A stretch of DNA of 64,000 bases from an uncultured bacterium. Lineage in GTDB: Bacteria; CSSED10-310; CAZUFC01. Positions 50,030 through 58,867 of the stretch are shown here, piece by piece. The stretch lies in assembly GCA_964619725.1 (NCBI GenBank), contig CAZUFC010000038.1:1-64000 (forward strand), written 5' to 3'. Under the pieces are notes generated by a model. It had not been told where the DNA came from, searched no databases, and was given only the letters and a program-made list of their open reading frames with translations. Position numbers and translations under genes: made by a program. Positions within the stretch are counted from its first letter, which is position 1. Each line of letters starts with the position of its first letter.

Positions 50030-51668
50030 GATTGAGGGCTTTTACAAGATATCTGATCCTGTTTTCGGGAACGTTCAGCAGTCTGGCGGCTTTACTTTTG
50101 TTTCCGTTGGAATGGTTGAGGGCTTGAAGAAGGAGTTCAGTTTTAAATTGTCTTATTTTTTCATCGAAGGAGCAGGGTAAGTCGAAGTGAGGAGCCGGTG
50201 ATTGTGGTGGAGTGTTCGTAGATTGATCGTTCGTGAGTTGTCTGGGGAAGTCGGCGGGTTCGATGGGGCCGGATTGTTTTTGTGAGAGGATGACTATTTC
50301 ATCGACGAAGTGCTGTAGTTCTCTGACGTTTCCGGGCCAGGGGTATCGGATGAGTGAGTAGAGAGTCTGGTGCGAGAAGGGTCCGAGATTTTTCCCGAAT
50401 TTAATATTGGCTTTATTGAGGAAGTAGACGGCGAGGAGAGGTATATCGTCTGTTCTGTGTCTGAGCGGTGGTATTTTAATGGTAACCTGGTTCAGTCGGT
50501 AGAGGAGGTCTTCTCTGAAGGAAGAATCATTGCAGGCAATTTTAAGGTTGACGTTGGCGGCGGCGATGATCTGGACATCGACGTTTACGTCATTAAGGCT
50601 GCCGATGGGACGGAATTTGCCTTCCTGCAGGCATCGCAGGAGTTTAGCCTGTGCCGGGAGGGTCATGCTTGCTATTTCATCCAGGAAGAGGACGCCTTTA
50701 TCGGCCTGTTCGAAGACGCCTTTGTGATTGGAGAAGGCGCCGGTGAAAGCGCCTCTGGCATATCCGAAGAGGGCGCTGTCGATGAGAGTATCGGGATAGG
50801 AAGCGCAGTTTATGGGGACGAAGGGGCCGGAGCGTCTTGAACCTTTCTGGTGGATCATGGCTGCGACGATTTCCTTGCCGGTACCTGTTTCTCCTTCAAT
50901 GAGAACATTAGCCTGGGCCTGGGCGACCTGGTCGATTTTTCGGCGAACTTCGCATAAAGCCTGTGAATTGCCGATCAGGTCATAAGTCTGCTCTTTTGCT
51001 GAAGCTTTTTCCTTGAGCGCTGCATTTTCACGGTCCAGAATGTCGTAAATTCTGCTGTTTTGGATAGCCAGAGAAGATTGAGCCGCGATTTTTCTGATCA
51101 GGCGCAGGTGTTTCTCATTAAGGACCGGTTTGCTATGATCGAGGTAAATAACGCCAATAGGGCGTTCGCCGGAATACAAGGGAAAACAAACGATGCTGAG
51201 CGCTCCAATATTTCTCAGGCTTCTGGAGCTCCAATCGCTTTCGAGTATATTTTTCATCAGCAGACCGTCGGGAGACTGGAGCGCTCTCCTGACGGCTCTG
51301 CGGCTGATCCTGTTGTCGGGATATTCGATGATTTCGCCTTCTCCCGTTTTGGCGAAACGAAAATCGTATTCGCCGTCTGCGCCCAGAAGCAGGATGAAAC
51401 CTCGTTCCGCTCCGGTATATTTCAAGGCGACATCCAGAATATCCGATAATTTTTTATCCAGGGGAGACAGCTCGCCCAGCGACAGCAGAATGTCGTTGAA
51501 CTGATCGTCTGTCTCATCGTGCAAATCTTTTCTTTCAACCTTTACCTCATCCGGAATGCCTTCCGGATCGCGAAGCCGCCGGTTGTCTTCTTCGAGCTGA
51601 TCGACTTTATCGATCAACATACGAATCAGGCTCTCGATCTCTTCCGGACTACGGGTTGAATAATTCAT
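49998..51668 (-). CDS. GAF-domain sigma-54-dependent transcriptional activator (EBP, Fis-type HTH)
   Basis: AERGFI...SIVCFPL...IGVIYLD (GAF); GETGTGKE, GAFTGA, LFLDEI, FREDLLYRL, WPGNVREL, GNKSKAARLL. Confidence 0.95.
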   Translation of the reverse strand: MNYSTRSPEEIESLIRMLIDKVDQLEEDNRRLRDPEGIPDEVKVERKDLHDETDDQFNDILLSLGELSPLDKKLSDILDVALKYTGAERGFILLLGADGEYDFRFAKTGEGEIIEYPDNRISRRAVRRALQSPDGLLMKNILESDWSSRSLRNIGALSIVCFPLYSGERPIGVIYLDHSKPVLNEKHLRLIRKIAAQSSLAIQNSRIYDILDRENAALKEKASAKEQTYDLIGNSQALCEVRRKIDQVAQAQANVLIEGETGTGKEIVAAMIHQKGSRRSGPFVPINCASYPDTLIDSALFGYARGAFTGAFSNHKGVFEQADKGVLFLDEIASMTLPAQAKLLRCLQEGKFRPIGSLNDVNVDVQIIAAANVNLKIACNDSSFREDLLYRLNQVTIKIPPLRHRTDDIPLLAVYFLNKANIKFGKNLGPFSHQTLYSLIRYPWPGNVRELQHFVDEIVILSQKQSGPIEPADFPRQLTNDQSTNTPPQSPAPHFDLPCSFDEKIRQFKTELLLQALNHSNGNKSKAARLLNVPENRIRYLVKALNLFADSSEKDE

Positions 51669-52098
51669 TGTCGAAAGACTGCTCAGTCTGATCGCAGATT
51701 AAAAAACCATAGTCTTCGTCATAGCATATCTGAATATCGGAATAGTCCCGGACGGCCATTTCAATAATCCATTCTCCGACGATCCGGCCGTCCAACTGCA
51801 AACCTACTGTCAATTCATATTCTCCCAATTTCCCCATCGGCTCGGAAAGCAACCAACGCCTGCATGAAAAAGGATCGCTTCCGCCCGGTCCCGATGCCGC
51901 TATGATGATGATCGGGTCTTCCTGCTGCTTGGTTATCAGCTCGCAGCGACTGTATTCGGGCGTTGAGAAAGGATTCTCAATCACCAGTCGATACTGGGGA
52001 TAATCGTTCCCGCCGTGTGCTGTCGACCAGGACATAACGATCATTCCAACTGCGAAAATGCAGCAAATCACCTTAAGGCTCGCTTTGTCGTACCTCAT
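51649..52098 (-). CDS. Small secreted acidic Cys-containing hypothetical protein
   Basis: AGGAGG before ATG; signal peptide ending STAHG; 3' end overlaps the EBP start by 20 nt. Confidence 0.7.
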   Translation of the reverse strand: MRYDKASLKVICCIFAVGMIVMSWSTAHGGNDYPQYRLVIENPFSTPEYSRCELITKQQEDPIIIIAASGPGGSDPFSCRRWLLSEPMGKLGEYELTVGLQLDGRIVGEWIIEMAVRDYSDIQICYDEDYGFLICDQTEQSFDNELFNP

Positions 52099-52153
52099 TG
52101 TTTAACCTCCTGTGTTGAATTTCTCATTTAAAATCAATTCCACAGAACTAAAA

Positions 52154-52168
52154 GCAATTTCAGGGCCA
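52154..52168 (-). promoter_or_regulatory. sigma-54 -24/-12 promoter for the 52098 gene (and probably the EBP)
   Basis: Minus strand TGGC-CCTGAAA-TTGC with correct spacing; AT-rich tract upstream. Confidence 0.7.
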
Positions 52169-52194
52169 ATTTGTTTTTTTGTTAATAGTCTCAA

Positions 52195-55100
52195 TCATTT
52201 GTCCGTTTTATCGGTTCGACATTTTTCAGAATCATTCCCGGCGTTCGCTGAATTCGGCGAAAAATCCGGCCCCGGACTTATGCCCGCTATCTCCTCCATG
52301 CGCTCTATCAAACCGCGGTCCAAAGATTCGTATAAGCTGCTCAGCCTGGAGGAAGAGGAAGCATCCAGCCAGGATTTCAGTTCATCACCGCATATCTCTG
52401 ATGTTTTTATAATATCTTCCAGTCGCTTCGTCAACTTTATGAAATGAGCGTTATGCAGTCGGCGGGCTGTTTTTAAGGCATGAACGAGAAATTGGGCTGC
52501 TTCTAAACGTTCTTGAGCGAAAAGAAGGATTTTCGCGGCGGTAAGATCATGCCAGAACAAGACATAAGGGTCTCTGGAATTGGTTTTTAAAGAATGAGCC
52601 CTGGAGAATTCTTTAAGACTGCCGGTAATGTTGCCGGTTTTCAGCAGAATCAGGCGATTCAGAATACTGAGCATCAAGAGTGGTGATTGATCCAGCTCAT
52701 TGAAATCGTTTGCCCCAAGATAGTTTTTTAAGAGTTTCAGGGCATCTTTTATTTCTTGCAAGGAATCGAGTTGGACAGACATGAGTCCCTGGAAAGTCGA
52801 AGCTTTAATGAGAAAATTCAGTGAATAGCAATGGGATGGAATCCAGGGTATTTTTTTATTAAGAACGGCCTTCAGGAGGGCGGCTGCCGGTTTGTTTTTT
52901 CTCTGGGCGTGGAGTGATCGAGCCTGCAGCAGGAGGTTTTCCAGCGCGACGGAGAAATTACCGAGTCTTTTGGAAGAGCGGAAGCCCCACCGTGAGTAGA
53001 GAAGGGCCTGATCTGTTCGTCCCAGGAAGAGGGCGCAATATCCTGTATTGCAGGCGCAACTGCCCAGGTCCATGGAGGTCCCGGAGAAGTGAATAACTTT
53101 TAAAGCTCTTCGATAGTATTTCAGGGCTTCGGCAAAATTTCCCCTGTTTTGCATGACGGCTCCGATATTTATTAAAGCCTTGCCTTGAAGAGAAAAACTG
53201 CCGACTTTTTTCGCCATTCCGTAGGCTTTCCGGTACAATGGAAGCGCTTTTTCAATATCGCCTTCAAACAGGCGGCAACTGCCGCGATTCAAAGTAGGAG
53301 CGAATTGCAATTTAAAGCTTCCATGTTCTTTGTGCGAATTCAAAGCTGCGGCATAGGCTTTTTCCGCTGAATGAAAATCGGAATTAGAAAGGTAAAAGTT
53401 GCCCAGGAGTTCCAGGAGCATTCCTTTCGTTTCAGGAGGACAGGGATCGGAGCGATTTTGATTTTTTAAGAGCCTCAAACCTTTGAGTGCGAAATATTTA
53501 ACTCTTTTTGCCCGGGGATTGCGGTTCCATTTCCGGCGCGCCATTTCCTTGTAAAACAAAGGCGCGGTTTTTTTGAATCCGGGGTCGCGTTTATATTGAA
53601 GCAAAGTTTTTTCAGCCTTGTCCGCTTCGCCGTTCAACTCAAGGATATAAGCGGCCTGGGAGTATGCTTCAAAACGGTCCCAGCTTGATAAAGAGCGAAT
53701 ATTACTGCTTCGCAGGAGCGACAAAAAAACATTTTTTGCCGCTTCGAGACGTCCGGTCTGCTTCAGCGTTTCTCCGTATTTCAACGAGATATAAGCCTGA
53801 GCTTTTTTCTTTTCTTCGGCGCTTTCCAGGTATTGCACAATATGCTGAAGCCTGAGAAAAACCTCTTTTATGCGCCGCGGATTCGCTGTCCTGTTCATCC
53901 GCTGCATGAGACCGGCGCCTTCTTTGACCGCTTCCCGGATTCTCCCGGCCCCGCTCAGCAGCCGGAAACGCATATCTTCCGGAAAATCATCATGGAGATT
54001 CCACTTATCCCATAAATTCAGTTTTTCATTGAACCATTTATGAAGATGCTCCTGGTCGAAGCTCTGACGAATTAACATATCGAGTTCGGGAGGCCAGGCT
54101 TGAATGTAATGTCCGGAAACAGAAACAAACGGTGTTTTCGAAAGCACAGACAGCGTTTTTTCAATAAATTCATCGGAAAAGGATAGAAAAGCATTCATGG
54201 CGGATATGTCGATTTTGACTGAAAACAATGAGAGTGTCAGGAGAATTTCCATTTCAACTTCCGTGAAATCCCGGAGTCTTTCCAGGAGAATATCGTAAAA
54301 AGGAAATGAAACGACGCCGGCGGGCGATGCCTTTGAGTTTCCCGGCAGGCGGCTGTGAACAGCGGAGGCCGGCTCAAGGAATTCGACGGCGTTGGCATCA
54401 GTTGCCGGCCGTTTCTTTTTCTCCGTGTATTTTCTTTCGATCATCGCTTTCTGCAGAGATAGAGGCGCTAATGCGCAACAGCTTTTAAAGGGGATCAACA
54501 GATGATGCTGAAATAAGGAGTATAGAAGCAGCATCAGGTTTTTCTTTCGTCCGGCGGCGATTGAGTTTAGAAAATTACGCAATTCGCCGGGCATGGATCG
54601 AACATTAAGAATATCGTCAATGGAACTTTGTGAAGGATCAAACCCGGTTTCTTGCATTTCATGGGTCTGAATATGGAACCTGGCATTATTTTTCATGGTG
54701 GTTAGAGGATTACTGTCGATTATGTTTTCCATCTTTGATTCTGAAGGTATTGATAAAATGAGCCACAGGCGTTTTTTAACGGACTGCGGAAGCGTCAGGT
54801 GTCCGATCAGCATGTTGAAAAGTCGTCGATCCCTTTCAATCTCATAATTAAGCTCGATAACGACAGTCTTTTCGGAAGCCATATCCAGCAGGCGCCGACA
54901 TTGTTGCTCCAGTTCATTGTCGTTCTGTGATACATTTTTTCGCAATTTGAAGTACTTGAAACCTTCGGAAGCGTCCAATCGACTGAAAAATATACGGTGC
55001 AGCGTCAGCTCAGGAGGAGATGCGTTGACTGAGTTTCGGATAATGAAAATCGAAGGTATTCCATCCTCCACTCTAAGAAGTCCGGCGTTCAATTTACTCT

Positions 55101-55998
55101 GCAGCTCTGAAGTCTGCTTTTCGGAAAGTTCGGCATATTCCGGATCGCTTTTTGAACTCGTCAGAGCATACAACAAGCGGCGATAATCGTCCCGGGAATG
55201 AAGTTCATGCTCGCTCAGCGTTCCGCTGCTCTGAAAATTAAGTATATGCCATTTCAATAATCCGGAGACCCTGCCGGCGATTTCTTCCAATGTGATGCTT
55301 CTTCTGGTTTTGTCAGGCATGATCATCTTTTCGATTAACCCATGCACTACTCCACGAGCTTTTTCATCAGCAATGTCTATCTCACTGACAAGGTTCTTCA
55401 GCGTGATCCCCAGGCTGTATATGTCCGCTGACTCATCCGGGGTTTCGCCTGCCGATATCTCGGGCGCTACGTATCCGGGTGTGCCTCTGATGACGGGCGG
55501 AAAGTTTTTGAACGCTGAAAAACCGAAGTCGACGAGCTTTAATCCAAATATGTCGCCTGACTTTTTGATCAACATGTTTGCGGGTGTGACGTCGAGGTGA
55601 AGGATATTCTCTGAATGCAGCAGAGTCAGCGCAGAACAGATTTGAAGTAGTAATTGGTAAAGGGTTTTCGGAGAGATGATGTTATTCGCTGCGGCTTTAT
55701 CCAGGCTCATCGAGTCATAGTATTCCATCAGCAGCCAGGCGTTCCTGTCTTCGTCCTGAACAAATTCGTATACCCGGATAATGTTCGGATGATTAATGTC
55801 GACGAGTGACCTGTAAAGCAGCGACATATTTGCAACGTGACCGGACAGCTCTTTATTGCTGAAAGTGAGACGCTTAAGGACGGCAGGCCGCTTGAATTTC
55901 CGGTCATGAACACGCAATATCCCGCCTTCTCCGCCTTGTTTCAGTTTGCGTATCAGGCGGAACCGCTCGCAGATGCCGTATTTGTCGTTTAGTTTCAT
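52195..55998 (-). CDS. Ser/Thr protein kinase with long helical middle region and TPR repeats
   Basis: GGEG, AVLKR, HPNII, HLDVTPAN, VDFG, GTPGYVAPE, DIYSLG; TPRs such as ALINIGAVMQNRGNFAEALKYYRRAL; no clear Walker A in the middle region. Confidence 0.85.
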   Translation of the reverse strand: MKLNDKYGICERFRLIRKLKQGGEGGILRVHDRKFKRPAVLKRLTFSNKELSGHVANMSLLYRSLVDINHPNIIRVYEFVQDEDRNAWLLMEYYDSMSLDKAAANNIISPKTLYQLLLQICSALTLLHSENILHLDVTPANMLIKKSGDIFGLKLVDFGFSAFKNFPPVIRGTPGYVAPEISAGETPDESADIYSLGITLKNLVSEIDIADEKARGVVHGLIEKMIMPDKTRRSITLEEIAGRVSGLLKWHILNFQSSGTLSEHELHSRDDYRRLLYALTSSKSDPEYAELSEKQTSELQSKLNAGLLRVEDGIPSIFIIRNSVNASPPELTLHRIFFSRLDASEGFKYFKLRKNVSQNDNELEQQCRRLLDMASEKTVVIELNYEIERDRRLFNMLIGHLTLPQSVKKRLWLILSIPSESKMENIIDSNPLTTMKNNARFHIQTHEMQETGFDPSQSSIDDILNVRSMPGELRNFLNSIAAGRKKNLMLLLYSLFQHHLLIPFKSCCALAPLSLQKAMIERKYTEKKKRPATDANAVEFLEPASAVHSRLPGNSKASPAGVVSFPFYDILLERLRDFTEVEMEILLTLSLFSVKIDISAMNAFLSFSDEFIEKTLSVLSKTPFVSVSGHYIQAWPPELDMLIRQSFDQEHLHKWFNEKLNLWDKWNLHDDFPEDMRFRLLSGAGRIREAVKEGAGLMQRMNRTANPRRIKEVFLRLQHIVQYLESAEEKKKAQAYISLKYGETLKQTGRLEAAKNVFLSLLRSSNIRSLSSWDRFEAYSQAAYILELNGEADKAEKTLLQYKRDPGFKKTAPLFYKEMARRKWNRNPRAKRVKYFALKGLRLLKNQNRSDPCPPETKGMLLELLGNFYLSNSDFHSAEKAYAAALNSHKEHGSFKLQFAPTLNRGSCRLFEGDIEKALPLYRKAYGMAKKVGSFSLQGKALINIGAVMQNRGNFAEALKYYRRALKVIHFSGTSMDLGSCACNTGYCALFLGRTDQALLYSRWGFRSSKRLGNFSVALENLLLQARSLHAQRKNKPAAALLKAVLNKKIPWIPSHCYSLNFLIKASTFQGLMSVQLDSLQEIKDALKLLKNYLGANDFNELDQSPLLMLSILNRLILLKTGNITGSLKEFSRAHSLKTNSRDPYVLFWHDLTAAKILLFAQERLEAAQFLVHALKTARRLHNAHFIKLTKRLEDIIKTSEICGDELKSWLDASSSSRLSSLYESLDRGLIERMEEIAGISPGPDFSPNSANAGNDSEKCRTDKTDK
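52244..52264. promoter_or_regulatory. Palindromic candidate upstream activator site
   Basis: TTCGCTG-AATT-CGGCGAAAAA, same motif as 49979/50008, inside the kinase 3' end. Confidence 0.55.
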
Positions 55999-56147
55999 AG
56001 AACTTTCTGCAGAAGAAGAAGGAGGAGGAATCCCGGAAAAATAATTTTATAGGAATTCCCGCCCGTCTGCAATGTGCAAATCTTACTTCACGGTCCTTCG
56101 TTACCCCTGGTAAATAAAATTTTTCCGGACCGGTTTAATTTTCTTTC

Positions 56148-56301
56148 GGCATTGATCAAAAAAGAATCTTTTGAGGTTACAATTCGAAAGAACCTCCCGT
56201 CATTTTGTTTCGACCCCGACCCCGATTCCGATACCGCTTCCGATACTGAAACAAAATGTAAAAAGTTATGGAAGAAGTGTAATCCGGGTTTGATCAGTCC
56301 C
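56148..56301. mobile_element. MITE-like palindromic element copy D (best preserved)
   Basis: GGCATTGATCAAA...GAGGTTACAATT...CATTTTGTTTC-(CCGAYH hexamers)-GAAACAAAATG...AAGTGTAATCC...TTTGATCAGTCCC; flanks tttctttc / cttctttc. Confidence 0.75.
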
Positions 56302-56619
56302 CTTCTTTCTGTCAGCATGAGTAGAATGGTGATAAGTCAGCGCCTGTCCAAAAACTCATTTTTTATCGGGATGCCGTAGCGGAAAGGCGCTGCGAGTTTT
56401 TTGGACAAAAACAAGTTTAAGGATGTTGTGTGTTCATCCTGCAGGATGTGATGTGATAGTATAAACGAGGGGTCAAGAGGGAACAGGCTTGCCGGTCAGA
56501 TTCCCAGGGTTCGTCCGGGAGAGACTGACTCCCTAAATGAGAGTCCGGCGCCATGATTACAGCAGAGATCATCTCGATCAGCGATTAATTTTTTTTTTGA
56601 AGACGGAAGGAGCAACGGA

Positions 56620-57756
56620 ATGAGTATGATTAAAGTTAACGGCGAATATTTACGCAAGAGTTTTCTGGAGCTGGTAAATATCCCTTCTCCATCGGGAGAA
56701 GAGGGGAAGATACAGGCATACTTGAAGAATGAACTGGGAAAGTCCGGGGTTCATTTTGAGGAAGACCGTGCGGGAGCGGAACATAATTATCCGTTCAATA
56801 ACATATTGGTTCGATTCCGGGGCCGGGGGAAAGAAGGTTTGAAATTAGGTTTTTTTTCGCATTTGGATACGGTCAGGCCGGTGAGGCAAGGCGCTGTGAA
56901 GGTCGAAGGCGATCTGGTCAGGACTGACGGGACCTCTGTTCTGGGCGGCGATGATAAGAGCGGAGTAGCTGTGATGTTGGAGCTGATTCGAATTTTCGTC
57001 GAAGGATACGAGGCTCCTTGTGATGTGACGTTCGTTTTCACGGTGGGGGAAGAGGTCGGATTGATAGGATCGAAAGGACTGGATGCATCAAAGTTTATAG
57101 GGTATTCCGGGGTCGTTCTGGACTGTTCCCGGCCGGTGGGGCAGTTTGTCGCAGCAGGACCGGGATTCGAGTCTGCCGTCGCAAGATTTATCGGAAGGGC
57201 TTCTCATGCGGGCACTAAACCTGAAGAGGGCATTCATGCGCACCAGATAGCGGCTCACGCGTTGAGTTCTCTGCTTATCGGGCGGTTGGACGAGGAATCC
57301 ACGAGAAATTTCATTTTTGCGACATGCGCAGCAGAAACGAATGTGATCCCGGAAACGGTCGAGTTGAAAGGCGAGATCAGGAGTCTTGATTCTTTTAAAA
57401 TAGATGGTTTAACTGAAGAAACTTTTCAACTGTTCAATAGAACGGCTGAAGAACACGGCGGAAAGCTGGAGTGGCGTTCGCACCGCAGTTTTCAACCATT
57501 CAGGCTTGATGAAAATTTACCGGTTATGCGTTTATGTGCTGAAGCATACAGGAAAGAGGGCATTGAACCCGAACCGTGCGCTCATACCGGAGGAAGCGAC
57601 GCCAATCATCTGAACGAAAAAGGCATCCCATCCGTGAATCTGGGAATGGCGACGACAAACTGCCATTCGACAAGAGAGCAATATGATATGAAGAATCTGG
57701 AAATAATTGCCAGGATTGCTCTGAATATTATCGATTCCGCGGCTGATTACAGTTGA
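56620..57756 (+). CDS. M20 family metallopeptidase (peptidase T-like)
   Basis: SPSGEE, SHLDTV, LGGDDKSG, GEEVGL.GS, SHAG..PE.G, GGSDAN, HSTRE. Confidence 0.92.
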   Translation: MSMIKVNGEYLRKSFLELVNIPSPSGEEGKIQAYLKNELGKSGVHFEEDRAGAEHNYPFNNILVRFRGRGKEGLKLGFFSHLDTVRPVRQGAVKVEGDLVRTDGTSVLGGDDKSGVAVMLELIRIFVEGYEAPCDVTFVFTVGEEVGLIGSKGLDASKFIGYSGVVLDCSRPVGQFVAAGPGFESAVARFIGRASHAGTKPEEGIHAHQIAAHALSSLLIGRLDEESTRNFIFATCAAETNVIPETVELKGEIRSLDSFKIDGLTEETFQLFNRTAEEHGGKLEWRSHRSFQPFRLDENLPVMRLCAEAYRKEGIEPEPCAHTGGSDANHLNEKGIPSVNLGMATTNCHSTREQYDMKNLEIIARIALNIIDSAADYS

Positions 57757-57800
57757 GAATAGGGTAACAGGTTGCATTAGAGAAACTGAATGGTTTTTTC

Positions 57801-58026
57801 GGCATTGATCAAAAATGGGACTTTTGAGTTTACGAATTTCGCCGCCTGCAATAATTAAAAAGTGCATTGATCAAAAATTACATCTTTTAAGTTTACAATT
57901 CGACAGGATAGCCCGTCAATATTGTTTCGATTGCGATCCCGATACCGATACCGATATCGACCCCGATTAATGAAACGAACTGTCAAAAGTTTTGAAAGAG
58001 GTGTAACCCCCCGGTTGATCTGTCCC
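57801..58026. mobile_element. MITE-like palindromic element copy E with duplicated left end
   Basis: GGCATTGATCAAAA at 57801 and TGCATTGATCAAAA at 57863; CGATCCCGATACCGATACCGATATCGACCCCGATT loop; right end TTGATCTGTCCC. Confidence 0.7.
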
Positions 58027-58035
58027 CATTTTTCA

Positions 58036-58710
58036 CTACTCAAACTGTTTCGTAAACTCGGCGAAGCGGTTTTTTAACTCATTCAGTTCGGCGCTCAATG
58101 CATCGACCTTACGCTCCAGTTCGGCAATTTTTTCATCATCTGCCCTGACCTGCATGATAAGCGGATCGGAATCCGCCTGAACTTCGGCCTGTTCGTCCAG
58201 GTCAATTTCTCCGGAAAACAGATGTGCATAACGAGTTTCGCGCTGTCCCGCTCTTCTGGGCAATGAGACGACAAAAGGTCCGTTTTCTCTTTGCGAGAGG
58301 AAAGTCAGCAGTTTTTCGACTTCGGCGGTATCAGCGAATCTGCACATTCTCGCGCTGCGTGATTTTAGTTCGCCGCTGGTTTGAGGACCCCGCAGGAATA
58401 GAAGACAGATCACGGCAGCCTCTTTCGGAGACAAATTAAAAGTTTCGCGCATCCTGTGAGCGTATTTCAGAACCCGGCTGCCGGCCATTGATTTTTCCCA
58501 GACGAGTTCTTTTCGGCACAACCTGTCAAGAGCCTTGGCGACTGTTTTTTTATCCAAATCCATGACAGGATGACGGTTCGATTTCTGATTGCAGGCGCTT
58601 ACCAGGGCATTCAGCGTTAGAGGGTAATAATCAGGCGTAGTCATCTCTTTTTCCATCAGCGCACCGATAACACGAATTTCTATTTCATTGAGGTTAATGT
58701 CCATAATCAT
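58036..58710 (-). CDS. yceH: YceH family protein (DUF480)
   Basis: E.RV.G.L.EK..TTPDYYPLTLNALV.ACNQKSNR.PVM, LRGPQT.GEL..R..R, RYAHLF. Confidence 0.92.
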   Translation of the reverse strand: MIMDINLNEIEIRVIGALMEKEMTTPDYYPLTLNALVSACNQKSNRHPVMDLDKKTVAKALDRLCRKELVWEKSMAGSRVLKYAHRMRETFNLSPKEAAVICLLFLRGPQTSGELKSRSARMCRFADTAEVEKLLTFLSQRENGPFVVSLPRRAGQRETRYAHLFSGEIDLDEQAEVQADSDPLIMQVRADDEKIAELERKVDALSAELNELKNRFAEFTKQFE

Positions 58711-58809
58711 TCCTCCCGTTCTCAGGCGATTATAGAAAATGACGGGGATGATTACAATGTTGCGGAGTCTTTGTTTTTGCTTCCGAAATTCCGGGTATTT
58801 TGATTGCCG

Positions 58810-58867
58810 CCGTTCTCTGTATCGAATCTCCGATTGCGATACCTATACCGGCCCCGATTACAGGAAC
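58810..58867. repeat. Degenerate hexamer-loop fragment of the MITE-like family
   Basis: CCGATTGCGATACCTATACCGGCCCCGATTACAGGAAC resembles the copy B loop; overlaps the stop codon of the 58858 gene. Confidence 0.5.

Noticed and set aside
54000-55300. Intact STAND/NLR-type ATPase (Avs-like defence) in the kinase-TPR protein
   Set aside because: No Walker A motif is visible; at most a degenerate domain
56500-56620. Canonical glycine riboswitch as a feature call
   Set aside because: Conserved segments are out of spacing and the 3' part is missing; kept only as a candidate finding
57920-57970. CRISPR array from CCGATA-type repeats
   Set aside because: Hexamer tandems without unique spacers; no cas genes
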